Source: Cystobasidiomycetes sp. EMM_F5 (Eukaryota). From it: a stretch of DNA of 64,000 nt. Both the position numbers and the translations under genes were made by a program. The stretch is from contig JBPGPT010000003.1 in assembly GCA_051047955.1 (NCBI GenBank), forward strand, positions 744,001 to 808,000, in the 5' to 3' direction. This document shows, one piece after another, positions 28,201 through 41,014 of the stretch. The notes under the pieces were generated by a model that was not told the origin of the DNA, made no database searches, and was given only the letters and a program-made list of their open reading frames with translations. The first letter of the stretch is position 1; each line of letters opens with the position of its first letter.

Positions 28201-29230
28201 CCTGGCTCTCTGCTACCCTCAATTGCCGCTGTCGTCGCATCGCACGATCAAAATGCTCTGGAATACACAACTGCGGTCCGGGTACAAAATTCGCGGGAGG
28301 AGATTATTGTGGATTTACAAGACATTGCCATGGCTCTCATCAAAAATTACAGGAAGAAAACGACTCGCGCGCCGGACCGTCTCATCTTCTATCGCGACGG
28401 TGTGTCGGAGGGACAATTTGATGAGGTTTGTAGGACAGAAGTCGCTGCTATCAAGCGTAAGTGCTTGATGTCGCGGTCGCTACTTTTTTGACTAATAAGA
28501 CTCTGCCTGACAGGTGCATGCGCTTCGTTGCCTAATTACAAGCCAACATTGACATACATTATTTGCGGCAAGCGTCACCACATTCGCCTTTTCCCAATGC
28601 AGAAAGAAGAAGGAGATAGATCTGGCAATGTAAAGGCTGGTACTATTGTGGATCGGGATATCACCCACCCGTACTACAAGGATTTCTACTTGATGTCCCA
28701 TGCCGGCCTGCTGGGCACGTCGCGCCCCACACACTACACAGTACTCTTGGACGAAGCCAAACTTGGTCCGGACCAGCTTCAGGCCACCACTTATTACCTG
28801 GCCTACCTGTATCCAAGAGCTACTCGGTCGGTGTCCATCGCTGCTCCGGCTTAGTAAGTCGCGCAAGTTTCGCCGTCTTCGCTGAATGTGACTGACGTTT
28901 TTCGATAGTTTTGCGCATCATGTAGCTGCCAGGGCTCGCGCACATGTTAACGATCATGATGATCAGAGTGAGACTAGCTCTAACTGTGCGTATTCGCGTT
29001 CAGCCTCTTGCTTCACATATCACACAGCTGACGATTGTCTTGAAACAGCTCCAGAGGCACAGGACGCAGCAAGGCAAGCCAAATTGGAGCGAGCGCAGAC
29101 GTCGCTCAATACAAGTCACGCGAGTCTGTCGGGAGTCCACGTCAATCTGACTGGGGTGAGTCGTAAATCTTCTTCACCTCTCAAAGCTTGTGACTCACAT
29201 GTCAAGCCTCAGACTATGTACTTTATGTGA
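25291..29230 (+). CDS. Argonaute (N-PAZ-MID-PIWI), many short exons, DEDH catalytic tetrad
   Basis: RTGFGS|RGQAIQVMSNCF, VYDG|NKILY, YANVALKINVKL, GA(D)VTHP, REEII, FYRDGVSEGQF, GKRHHIRLFP, DFYLMSHAGLLGTSRPTHY, RATRSVSIAAPAY|FAHHVAARA, terminal MYFM*. Confidence 0.95.
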
Positions 29231-29643
29231 CGAGGTCGCCACGACAATCTTAGCGCGTGCGAACCGGAAGACTTTTACAGTGCTGGAGTGGTTGTGTAGT
29301 TTGGAAGCCAGTAACTTAGCGAAGGACAGACTATGCTATGCATTTGGGAAGGTTGGGTGGATGGTAGACTGGTCTAACTATGTTATTGTGCAAAAAGGGC
29401 GCGTTTGAGGATTCCGAGATACGATGTTCTTATTTGCTGGCGGCGAGAGCCATTTTATGTAGCGTGCAATTAGCAAGACAGTGGCGATGGCAATGTATTG
29501 CAATACTTTGTCTCTCGTTCGGAACAAACATAGAGTCTGATAAGGGTGAAAGGGGTTGGGAGGTCACGAGGACATTAACCAACAGCATGTGTCTGGCAAC
29601 ATACTGAAAGGCTATACTGCGGTAACTATGACCATGACAAATT

Positions 29644-31481
29644 TTACACCTGTTTGATGTGAACACTCTTCGCTCTAGTCAATTGGTCGTAGCCAAAGGC
29701 AGATAACGAGACTCCTCTCCCGGACTCCTTGACGCCCGTCCAGGCTAAGGCAGGATCCAAGTAGTCACACCTGTTCATGAAGACTGTGCCGGCCTCCACG
29801 TCGGGAAGAAGTCCTTCGAACGCGTCCAGATCGTTCGTCCATATTGACGCCGTGAGGCCATACGGACTATCGTTCATCAACGATAATGCCTCATGATCAG
29901 AAGAGACCTTCATCACGCCAACGACTGGACCACTTTACAAGCGAGTATAATGAGGAATCAGCGATCTTTGCAGAACAGTAGTCTGCGAGATGCACTACTA
30001 CTAACAATGTTTCTTCCTTCATAACGCGCATGTCGTGCGTGACATCGACAAGCACCTGAGGCGCTACATAAGTCGAATCATCCTTAGCTGCTTCAGAGAA
30101 AAGTGTCGCGTCCACAAGGCCCCTAGCGCCATCAGAAACTGCGGGAAGCAGCGGTTAAGCGAGGTTGTATCTATAGAGAGGCAGAACGCACTAGCAGACT
30201 GGATCTGACCACGGATGGCGTTTGCGCTCGCATTGCTGATGACGGGACCTAGCGTTGTCTCCTTATTGCGAGGGTCTCCGAGCTTGTAAGCCTGAAACAC
30301 ATCTGCAATGAGTCCAGTACCGGACAGCGAGTGTCAACCACGCTCACAGAAACCGCCTTGACTAACTCCTCAATGAAGCTGTCGTAGACTTTGTCGTGCA
30401 CGTACACTCGCTCTACCGCGCAGCAGCTTTGACCGCTGTTGAAAAATCCGCCATCTGCAATCTCGTTTGCTGCGAAAACAGGGTCGGCATCTACAAAGAG
30501 ACATGAGAATGCAATCCACTGAATTCGGTAAAGGTAACACACCCTCTCGGACATAAGCGGGATCCTTTCCTCCAAGTTCCAGGTTTACGTTTTTGAAAGC
30601 GCCTGTCCTTGTCCCACGAGCATTCTCCTCAACTCGATAGCCATTCTTCACACTGCCGGTGAAAGATACGAAATCCACTTTTGGATGGGCCACCAACATG
30701 TCGACCTGCTCTATCGAGAGGTGGAGCGACTGGCATACTCCGTCAGGAAGTCCGGCTTTCAGCAGAAGTTGAGCCATGTTGTCAGCAGGCGAGGGTGTTT
30801 GCGGAGAGGGTTTGAGAATGACGGCATTGCCGCTCAGCAAAGCCGGCACAAGAGCATTCACCTGAATTAGGTAGGGGAACTGTTATTGATTTCTTGACTG
30901 TCAGCACAGTTGGGAGGTGCGCAAACGGCATCCCTACATTCCAGGCAGATATCAGGACGGCGACTCCCATCGGCTCTCTGCGGATCCACCTCCTGAAACC
31001 CTTCTTATCGGTCTCGGTCAGCAATACGTCTTTCAGCTTGTCCTGCGCAACCGAGACCATGTAGCGCGCTCGCTCAAGGAATCCGCTAATCTCGCCAGCC
31101 GCAAATTTGATTGGTCTTCCCATTTCCCTTGTGAGCTGTGCCGCGTACTCTTCCTTCTGCCCCTCGAACAGGTCTAGGAATTTATTGACTATCGCTATCC
31201 TGTCATCCAGCGGTACCTTGCGCTGATAGTTCGTCAGATGGAATAGCCAAGTCAGTTATATTCCATTTCACAAAGGACACTTAGCGAGCTGACCCATTGC
31301 TTCTGAGCACCGGCCGCCTTCGAGACGGCAGCATCAAGCTCCTGGTCGCTGGGAAGTTGTCGAGTCGCTACAGCCGAGCCATCTATCGGCGATATCTACG
31401 AACGGTGAAGGGATGCATAAGGGTGCATGCAGTGAAGAGTGCATGTAGGGCTTTCCATCTTACGGTTGTTTGGACAGCCAT
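29644..31481 (-). CDS. NAD(P)-dependent aldehyde dehydrogenase
   Basis: MAVQTT|ISP start; REPMGV..ISAWN; ILKPSPQTP; FTGS; LELGGKDPAY; FNSGQSCCAVERVYV; MKEET; NDSPYGLTAS; GVKESGRG. Confidence 0.93.
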
Positions 31482-31793
31482 CTTGGTCAGGTTCAGTCAA
31501 AAGTGGTCAAAAGCAAATGCATATCGATGACACTGGTGAATCAACTAATTTGCAAGGAGGAATCGACTTTGAGACTATAGGATACATGTGCCGAGCTCGA
31601 TACAGACGACTAATACCAGGCTTGTGGACTAATTACAGGTTTCCATTACTGGCGCGAAGGATGCGGCATTTCGAAATAGGAGGAGCAGATTGTATGTACG
31701 TAGTGGATCCATGCGGACGTATCAGAGAAGCCGCATGCATTGGATTCGCATGCACTGGATGCAAACCGACGGCAGAAAAGACTGACAAGCGAC

Positions 31794-34651
31794 TTAGGCA
31801 TTGCCAACACATTTCTTCGGAATAGTGAAGTCGTTTGTGCGAATGCCGCCACCCCAAGGTCTGCAAGTAGATGTAATGAGTGTAGTACATGGTTAAACAA
31901 CATTGCGCCGACTTACGTTCCACCAGTCAGAGTAGCATCCGGACCAAGCCCTCTCTTGCTGAACGCTTTCCAGATTGTGCAGTAGTTCTCACCGCCAGTG
32001 TACAGTTCGTCCGCTTTGAGAATGGCGTTGCGATGATCTTGGAAGCTGGGTCGACACTTCTGAGCCTTGAAAGCATCTACGACAAGCTGAATGGCGTAGG
32101 CGTTGCCATGGCGAGGGTAAGATCGACCAGTCTTGTCGGATGTAGCGTAGAAGGTATCAAAATTCGTCGAATTTGCAGATGGTGGGAACAGGTCTTTCAC
32201 GAATCCATGCTTTTCGATGAGCGATTCGGCCATCTCGAAGAGCATGACTGCCATGACCTCGCCAATGGCGTGTACACCCCAATATCCTGGCTGATCAAGC
32301 GTCTTGTAGGTAGATGGGTTGTGAGTCATGTTGGTCGAGTATGGGAATTTGCGAATGCCATTCTCGCGATGTGCAGCCCATTCACCCATGGTGAAGTCAC
32401 GGACATCGGCAGAAGCCATCCGGATCATGGTGGCAAAGACTGAGGGACATGCCATCGGATCAGCACATGACACAGTGACATTACTTCTGTACTCACAGTC
32501 GCCGTAGCCTTCGCCCATACCGCCTGCTTCTCCCCAGCCAAGACATCCGGAGTTCGCAGGGCCACCTGAAATGCAATACGTCAGTCGATTGTCCGTGTTT
32601 TGACTAGACAGGCCCGCCCACCTGTCAAACGAGTCGAGATGCCGTGCGCTAGAAGGCCACAGATCAGATTTGTGACGCTATACCGCCTGTGAGCTGAGCC
32701 TACCATATTCATGAATCACAATACCAGCTTCCAGATCACCATCTGCATATGGGATGTTGGTCTGTGTCGTGTAGCGAAATTAGCTTCTATGCATGCATGT
32801 GTTATTATTGGCGTACACTCCAGCTGTACATGCGCATCCTTGGTCTCTGGCCATCAGGTGGTGTGGCAAAGTTGGCATTGTTCATGCCAGAACCGTCTTG
32901 GGCCATAGCCACTACTGCATCACCTCCAAGTCCGCCTTTGCCAAAATTATGTTCCCTGAATCCCATTCTCGCTTCAGCGTGCGTAACGAGTGGCCGACAG
33001 TAGGAGCGGCTTACTGGAAATTACCGCTAGCTTCGTCGAATCCGTATCCGTGGAAAAGATCGTGAATTTCGTTACAAGTGTAGAACAGTTCGGTGATCGA
33101 GGCATTGATGTACGATGCTGGCTCGATCTGGTGACCTGTGCGGTTCGCCTTTGGTCCCCAGCCAAGCTTAAAATCGAATGATCCATGATCGCTTTGTGGA
33201 CGGTAATTTGTCTAACGCGTCCGGTCAAATCGATACTCTCCAACTTTACATGCTGTTTACTTACCTCAAATTGAGTTCCACCAGAGGGGTTATCCTGAGC
33301 AAATACATTGTTTCCACGTGTATCTTTAAACGTGGCGCCCTTGTCGAGGTCTGAACTCCAACCAGGCGCGTACAACGCCTCGTCGTCTTCGTTGTGCTTG
33401 GTGGCACTGCTTGTAGACCCATGATGACCAGAGCTGCGACCGGCACCATAAGGAACGCTATGCCAACCTACAGGCGATGCATCCTTATGTGCGGGGTTCT
33501 TCAGCAACTCGCGCTTGCCTTCCGTTGGGTCATTGACTCCCCAAGGATAGACGCGGTAGGTGTAATCAGTCGCAGGCGTAGATGGCTTCGCGGAAGCAGA
33601 GGAAGTAGGCGCATCCCTCTGCCAGTCGACGACCATGAGCGGTGTAGTGACATCCTCGGCGTTCGTATCAGCCGAGACATGAGCCTCGTACCAATTATCA
33701 TTCATCTCGTACTCGAAAGACCATACTAATGCAACTTGGTCAACGCCTTCTCGCTGGACATAAGCCAATTTAGCGGGAACACCGGATTCCGCAATTGCAC
33801 CGGGTGCGTTGTGTATAGTAATCTGAGTGACACCAGCTTCGGCATGTAGAGACTGAGATATAGTCATCTGGTCCACCAACTCATCTGTAGAGCTGAAGGA
33901 CGCGACTAGCCGTGGATCTGCGTGCAGAATAAAGTTGGCTAGTGCGACACGAGGGTCGATGGGTACGTGCTGATCCGGTGTGGCCTCGTCCGCAGACATG
34001 ACACAGGCCTTGCCGCCAAAAGAAGGTGCATTTCCAAAGACGAATTGTGAGACACTGGATGCCAATCCGCCAATCGCTCTCCTCTCGCAGGCTAGGGACG
34101 AGGTCGGAACGAAGGCCGAGTCACCAAAGCTGACGACGGCACCAGTGAGAACGTCTACATTGACATTGACCAGCGCGTCAACGATGTCTTTTCCATGCAA
34201 TGTTTGAACCTGTAATCACACGGATGCATGTGGCGGATACTATCGGTCAGCTGTTTGGGCATTACTGTATCTGGGTGAGGCGACGACTACGCACGAAGTG
34301 GGCATGGATAACGGATCCAGCAGCCGAAGAAGTGGTGGACTGCAGTCGGAACTGTTGCTTGGAATGTAGACTCTGCAGGAACGTTTCCGCGATAGCAATG
34401 CCGCGAGCGGTTGCTGCATGCTCGCCACTCTGAAGTGACGCGAGAGTCACCAAGTCTGGCGAGTTTGCGTACGAGAACTGCGAGTTGAATGCGGATATCG
34501 CGTCGCTGTCATGATTGTAGGCAGAAACGCGGCGAGCGGTGGTCCCGCCAAAGTTTAGTGAAGGCCGCCCTTGTGCATGATGCGGGTGGTGCACTGCCGA
34601 CACTCCGGCAGCAGCAGCGATGGCTCCCAGGGCTGCAAGTGAGGCTCGCAT
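31794..34651 (-). CDS. Secreted fungalysin metallopeptidase (M36)
   Basis: Signal [39 protein letters not shown]; zinc motif [38 protein letters not shown]...[11 protein letters not shown]. Confidence 0.95.
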
Positions 34652-34848
34652 GCTGGAGGAACAGGGAATGTGTAGATGTGTCCTCGTAAATGGAGCAACT
34701 CTGATATTCGAGGCTGGTAGAGTGCGCACGGAAGTCGGAGTAGCCAGAAGCCGCTTGTGCGATAGTGGCGAGCTCAAAGCTGACACGTAATCTCGGGTGA
34801 AAGAAACGCGAAGGTGAATGACAGAATACTACACAGTGATGATACTGA

Positions 34849-34912
34849 AGATACATGGATGTATCCATGATACATGGATGTATCCATGATACATGGATGT
34901 ATCCATGTATCT
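34849..34912. repeat. Three perfect tandem copies of a 19-bp quasi-palindromic unit (ATACATGGATGTATCCATG)
   Basis: Units at 34851-34869, 34870-34888 and 34889-34907. The outer ends AGATACATGGAT and ATCCATGTATCT are exact reverse complements. Confidence 0.95.
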
Positions 34913-34924
34913 CTTGACGCGTGC

Positions 34925-36820
34925 TTACGCCTTTTGCATGATTCTCCAATTTCCCTGCACATATACCTTTCCCCCATACAATGCAATAGCCGAAGCGAAA
35001 AAGAGTGCTCCGCAAAGACAAATTGAGATTGTGTAAGCATCCGGACCTTGTCTCCCGAGAGATGACCGCGAGTAATCGACCAATGCTACGGCGGCTGGAA
35101 AACACAGTGCCGACGGAAGGGCTATCGCAAGCCAGAATATCGCCAAAGCTGAACCAAGATGCTGTATACCGACTGGTACATATATCAGTCTTGTAACAAA
35201 GTCATCCAAGATTGATAGACATACCGACAGACTTTGATACCACCGGCGTAGCAGACCAGATGGTACCGCCTAGCACGCCTTGAGCTAGTGCAAATACGAC
35301 TAGCACACCGAAAGTACGAGAAGGAAGCCAGATTGCGAAACAACTCACACCAGCAAGGATAAAGACAATAATTGTGCCATTGCAACGCCCAATGGCATCC
35401 AGTAGCCACCCCGCTGCCGGCCGTCCGACAACCTGACCGGCAGCTAGGATGGATTGTAGAGCCGCACCTTGAGTCTGAGACAAGCCTAGACCATTGGTTG
35501 AATAGGTGGCGAGCGAATAAATGGCAATAAAGTAGCCCATTACTATTATAAGTATACTCAAGCTCAGCAAACATATCCGCAGAGAAAAGACTTGCCATTA
35601 CCTGACAAACAGCCCCATAGCAGCACAAAAAAGTAGCCAGGATGCCACAGAAAGTGTGCTTGGAGAGGATCCATCCTGGCACCCAGAGATTTTCTGCCTC
35701 GAGCAAATAAGATGGCGGGTATGAGGAGAATCAAGGAGACAAGACCGTTGATGACTAGAGACCATTTAATGCCTATGCTTTGAATGGCAACTCGCGTTGT
35801 ATTTGACAGAATTAAAGCACCCATACCCGAACCAGCTTGAGCAAAGCCTTGTGCGACTGAAAGTCTTTTGTTGAACCAGTGAGCTATGAGCGGCTGGCAT
35901 GGGACCATGGTCTGATAATGTTGTCTGAGCAAGAAAGCGTTCCGTGGACGTGGCCTGGCTTACCAGTCCGAGCCCAAGTCCGAAGACGACACCTTGCAGG
36001 GCCAAGAACGCGCCAAACTCGTGCGACAAGGCAGCAAGAGCTTGGCCTAGGACCATCGCGACAGTGCCTTCAGTAGCGAACTCTGAGCATCAGTAACCGC
36101 ATGAAAATACGTACGGGCTTCCACATACCGACAATCATAGGCACGCGAAAATGAAAACGTTTGGCGAGAAAGTTGGCCAATGGCGCTACTGCAAAAGCTA
36201 CTCCGCTTGAAAGTCCGCCCACGAAGGCGTAACGTAGCGGAGTGCCACCCGCAAAATAATTGTTTTCTACATAAAATGAGTTGTAGACTCCGTAGCTGTT
36301 CAAAGATAGCACAGATTATATGACACATTCAGTGGATGTGAGGACTGGACTGTGAGCAGATTTGGCTGGCTTACGTTGTGTTGACACCCCAAGTACCTGT
36401 ACACTAAAGCATCAGACAGTCAGTGCGTTTGTAAGGACAGTCTGCCTACCAGCATTGACGCCTAGGATGCACACTGCGACTACCCTAAGATTGTAAGAAG
36501 CGTTGAGCGGTGACAACAGAATTGTCAGTGTATACATCTACAGCATCGGTTGAAGACTGTATCACCATCCATATCCGCCCTTAAAGAGCAAATTACGTAT
36601 ACCAGCAGTCAGACTAATGCCGCAAAACTAGATCAAAACTCATCTCGCGTACCTCTGGATACTCTTCCTCCGCGCTTGGAGCACTGGGAGTCTGCCCGTC
36701 TGGCGATATCCTATTCGGATGGCCATGGATTTTGTCGCCAGCCCCCACCTGACTCGCATCCGAATCTACATCGGGAGCGAGAGGCAGCTTCTCCAAATTT
36801 GCAACGCGTCCATCCTGCAT
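34925..36820 (-). CDS. MFS transporter, monocarboxylate porter (MCH/MCT)-like
   Basis: EYPE|GGYGW, YGVYNSFY, QGVVFGLGLG, HWFNKRLSVAQG...GSG, GRPAAGWLLDAIGR; multiple hydrophobic helices. Confidence 0.9.
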
Positions 36821-37815
36821 AGCTATGTGCAGACAGCATTACAGACAGCGTCATCCTTTTGGCGGACTTGCGCTGGGTCGCTCCGTTTGCCGAATCATGC
36901 CGGAGGTGATCGAGAAAGTCGCTGACTGCACGTACAGCTGAATGACCCGTTCGCGTGAGTCAATTCGCGAGCTTTTCTAGCTTTCGATGGTACCATGATG
37001 CTTCTGAATGCATGCTGCGTCTGCTGACGCCCAATCGCAGCTACCCTTCTACTTGCGATACCCTACTGACGCCCCGGTGGCTGGACTGATCTTCTCGTGA
37101 AAGCAAGCGATTACACCGCAACAGCCAATATTCTCCAAAGCAGGGGCAATTAAAACGTTCTAGCGGTCATTCCGGTCGGGGATGAAACGTCTCGTGTGTA
37201 TGACGAACGCCCGAAGATTTTCACTAACAATGACGGGCCGCATGCGTAAGAAAGGATGAAAGAAGATATAAACTGATTGTGGATGTTACAGTAAAGGCGT
37301 ATTTGCCAATCTCTGAGACGACCGTACCCTTCTCTCACTTCTCGAATAACATACACGTCAGATCGCTTTTGGCCACATTGCTCCTTCCTGCCGTTAACGA
37401 CGCGTTGGACTGTCAAGCGGCGCGACTGTTTGGGTGTTTTCCTGCCCGCCGGGCCTGCGGGAATTGCCGCCAGACTGGCATTAGGTGCGGCCAAAGGGCA
37501 ACGGAGACGAGAGAGAAGCAAGTGGCAGCTAGCGATGGCTGGACAGCCCTTCACATAGCGAGCTTCTACTCCTCGCTGCATCTATTTACCTCGCTGACGT
37601 GCGCTGAAAGGGGTGCGGGTGTCATGCGGGCTAGCCTGCGGCTCACGATCAAACAGGGTCCAAAACCGACCAGCCTTGTCTTACATTTCCGCCGAGGAAA
37701 CTCCAGCCTTGTTTCTTGGTTTCCCAGAGCTCATTCAGAGACGCATCCTTGCTCAGCCCAGCTTGAATATCACCTGGTCCTCATCGGAAACCCTTCAACC
37801 TTTACGTCGCTCGTC

Positions 37816-39269
37816 ATGTCTCTCGACCCGCATATCGGCGTGGTTGTCGGCCAGTCATTCTCCAGCCTGGCGGAGCTACAGGAGTGTATCAAGTCGACCG
37901 CACGCACTCAGGGCTATGTGATGAAGCGCTACACCTCCAATGCAAACACTCTCAAAGAAACCGGCTATTGCGAAGCACGCTATCAAAAGGAGAAGAAGAA
38001 TATAACCTGCCCTGGCGGCTACCTGGCATTGAAGGATGCTGAAACTGGCATCTGGTGCGTCGTGTTGATGAAGGAGTCTAAGCAGCCCGGAGCTTCTCCA
38101 GCTGCCATACAACGTTCGCTGACCCCTGTGTTTAAAAACGCAGGACTGTTTGCACGGCCAAGGATCATTGCCCTGCCTGCACACAACACAGGAAGATTAT
38201 GCTTAGCAAGTCTGTATGTCCGCGCTACACTGCTTTTGCATCTAAGCTGGGCGAGTCGCTCATAATGTTTCCTCGCTTTACCCCTTTCTGTTTCTCGCAG
38301 ACCTCGGCCAACAGGAAGACACCCGCACCGGCAAAGTCGCGCAACGTGTTTCACGTGTCTGACGATGAGGACTTTGATGTCCAGCCTGCTAGCAAGAAAC
38401 GCTTCGCATCGTCTGTTACCCTCAAGGCTGACACCAGTGGCGTCACCAACGGAACCGATCGCGTACGCGCCAGCACCGCTGCCGATCCTCAGGACTCTGA
38501 TTATGTGCTTCCCAAGATCAAACTTCGCCTCAACTCCATAACTCCGCCACACGAGGAAGCTCCAACCTCTGCTCCAACCCCCACCATTGCCATCTTTGAC
38601 GAAGCTGGACTCGAGATCCCAGAAGCCAAGGCTGGCAGAGTTCGTAGAGCATGCGTCAGAAGTGTGAGTGCAAGCTATAATACCCTGATCACATCGCGCA
38701 AGACCAAGACCAAGACTACGACCAAAGCTCCAATCAAGCCTAAGCCTCGAGCTCCTCGAAAGTCCAGGATCCAGATCAAGTCTCCTGAACCCACATCCGT
38801 AGCGGCCTTGGCGCCCGTTGTCGCACTAGCACCGCTACGTATACGAGCAGGTACGACATCTTCCACAGCCCCTTCTCTCACGTCGGCCAGTACGCCGACT
38901 TCTGCAGGAACTCCAATCAGTGCCACTCCAAGATCGAGCTTCATGCTCAGTGAAGTGATAGGTATCCGTCGATCTAGCTTCTCCGGTACAGATCCAAAGA
39001 CTGGCGTAGACCGCGTTGGCGCCTGGCTCATCAAGAACAAAATGACAGCAGAACAGGTGGGATACGATGTCATGCACGGCTTCAATGGGGTATACTATGT
39101 AAAGCGTAAAATGGGAAGACGCGCTCAGGTCACAAGCTTGAATCCGGCCGACCACTTTCCTGAATACTTCAAGCACGATGGGACCACTTACGGCAAACGC
39201 AAGCGAGGCCACAGCGCTATGCATGAAGGCGCAAGCAAGCCAGCAACTCTTCGTCGTTCCTCCTATTGA
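37816..39269 (+). CDS. Putative nuclear protein with N-terminal FAR1/MuDR (WRKY-GCM1)-like zinc finger and basic disordered tail
   Basis: Spliced N-terminus VGQSFSSLAELQECIK...GY...YC-x12-CPGGYLA...W|TVCTAKDHCPAC, joined in frame through a second intron to the long Lys/Arg/Ser/Thr-rich ORF ending at 39269. Confidence 0.6.
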
Positions 39270-39959
39270 AGGCTCCCTCGCACAGCCTGGCTTTTGCAGC
39301 CTCGCTGTATTTGCACGACTTCGCTCACTGCCGAGACCGTCGCGTCGGCATGGTAGCCGATCTGTACCCCTGTAGAATTCACAACATTTCGACGACTCTA
39401 CTCTGTCATGTATGTCCACGCAACAGCCCTTGTCAAATCTCTTGATCCACGCGGCACGTTTCGCACAAGGCTCTCACCCTGTACCTACGTCATCGATTTA
39501 TCAACTATTGACCTTGTAGCCCTGTCTCAAACTATCTCGAACCATCTTTTCCGGTATGCGCCTCTTCTCAGGACAATCCTATCCAGTGGTCCTGCTTCGC
39601 AGTTCACTTTCTCTGTCCAGATTTTGGCAATCCCTCTTTCAAGTCTGTGCTTAGCCTATATTCGTCTCTGCCCACATGAGCGACATCCACATCTTGGCTC
39701 TGACCTGTTCTCCGACACCGAAGTCGCTTCCTGTAGCTTATAGTATAAGCTAGAGATTGTATCATCTATATCTTTTGTAGGAGACAGGTCGAATGCACTA
39801 CATCCATATTCACATCAACGGCATTCATTCTTCTTGTGCGGAGATACATTTGCTGTAGCTGACGTGTCCTTGCCCTTGCTCGTTCTGTTGCCACCCAGTC
39901 TAGACTTGTGACGCGCCAATGCCTGCGAGACTTACACATGGACTTACCCGACTCCAATA

Positions 39960-40945
39960 ATGGCAGACATTCAGCAGGCGTTCATGAGCCTTCCCCCCGT
40001 GACACGGACACTACTCGCTGGCACTGGCTTAACGACACTGCCGACGGCATTGGCCATATTGTCGCCGTACCTCATCGTCTTTGACACTGTCGGGTTGCGC
40101 AAGCTGCAGCTATGGCGGCTCGTGACTCCCTTCTTCTACGCAGGTGGGCTGACTCTTGTCGGTGTCTTACCTTTTCAATTGCTTATTTGGTACACCAACA
40201 GGCTCTGGACTGTCGGCGTTGTTCAATATATTCTTTCTGTACAGATGCTCAAATGACTTGGAAGATGGCAAGTACCAGTTCCATTATGGCACAGAGACAT
40301 TGTGCACTACGAGCTGACGTGTCGAATCTCCCCGTCAACACAGGCATTTTTAAGCATAGGACGGCGGATTATGCCTGGTCTCTAGTATGCATGGCAGGCG
40401 CAATCATCGTCAGCCGAGCATGCATGCGTGTGATACGATATTCGCTGAGTCGTGGCTGTCCACAGGCTATGAATATCCCGCTAGGCAGCCTTATATTCTT
40501 TAGAGCTTTACTGCTGGCTCTGACACACCTATGGGCACAATACTCACCCGATCAGCCGATGAACTTGTACGGCTTCGTGACGCTCCCAGCGCGGTACATT
40601 TCATTTGCCCTCATGGCGATGGACCTGCTGCAGGGCGGACCGAAAGCAGCCGTCGAGGGTTTGACTGGCATCATCAGTGCACATGTCTTTCATTACCTGT
40701 CCGAGATTTATCCTCGAGCGAATCCACAAGCTGCCAACTGGATGGCGACTCCAGCTTGGTTCAAGAGATTGTTTGCAGCTGCACGTGGAGGTGGAGGACC
40801 GCCTGGTCGTGCGGAGAGAAGCGTCGGCAGTGGTGCAACTGCATACGCACCACCGAGAAGATCGGGTACAAGTACAGCAGCAGCACCTCATAGGCCGAGT
40901 GGTGTCACTGGTCATACTTGGGGACGAGGCAATCGTCTCGACTGA
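39960..40945 (+). CDS. Derlin (Der1/Dfm1 family) ERAD membrane protein
   Basis: LPPVTRT, QLWRLVTPFFY, ADYAWSL, NLYGFVTLPARY, GIISAHVFHYL, C-terminal SHP-box-like WGRGNRL. Confidence 0.92.
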
Positions 40946-41014
40946 GTATGCACCAAGTGATGTACATCAATTTCTATTGCAATATCGAAGCCTAACCCGA
41001 ACACGCGTTTGATT

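Noticed and set aside
34849..34912. Palindromic direct repeats as a CRISPR array
   Set aside because: The repeats are contiguous with no spacers, there are no cas genes, and the context is eukaryotic.
37070..37148. GCCCCGGTGG...GGGGCA resembling a tRNA acceptor stem
   Set aside because: No T-loop GTTCRA, no convincing D or anticodon arms, and the stem pairs only partially.
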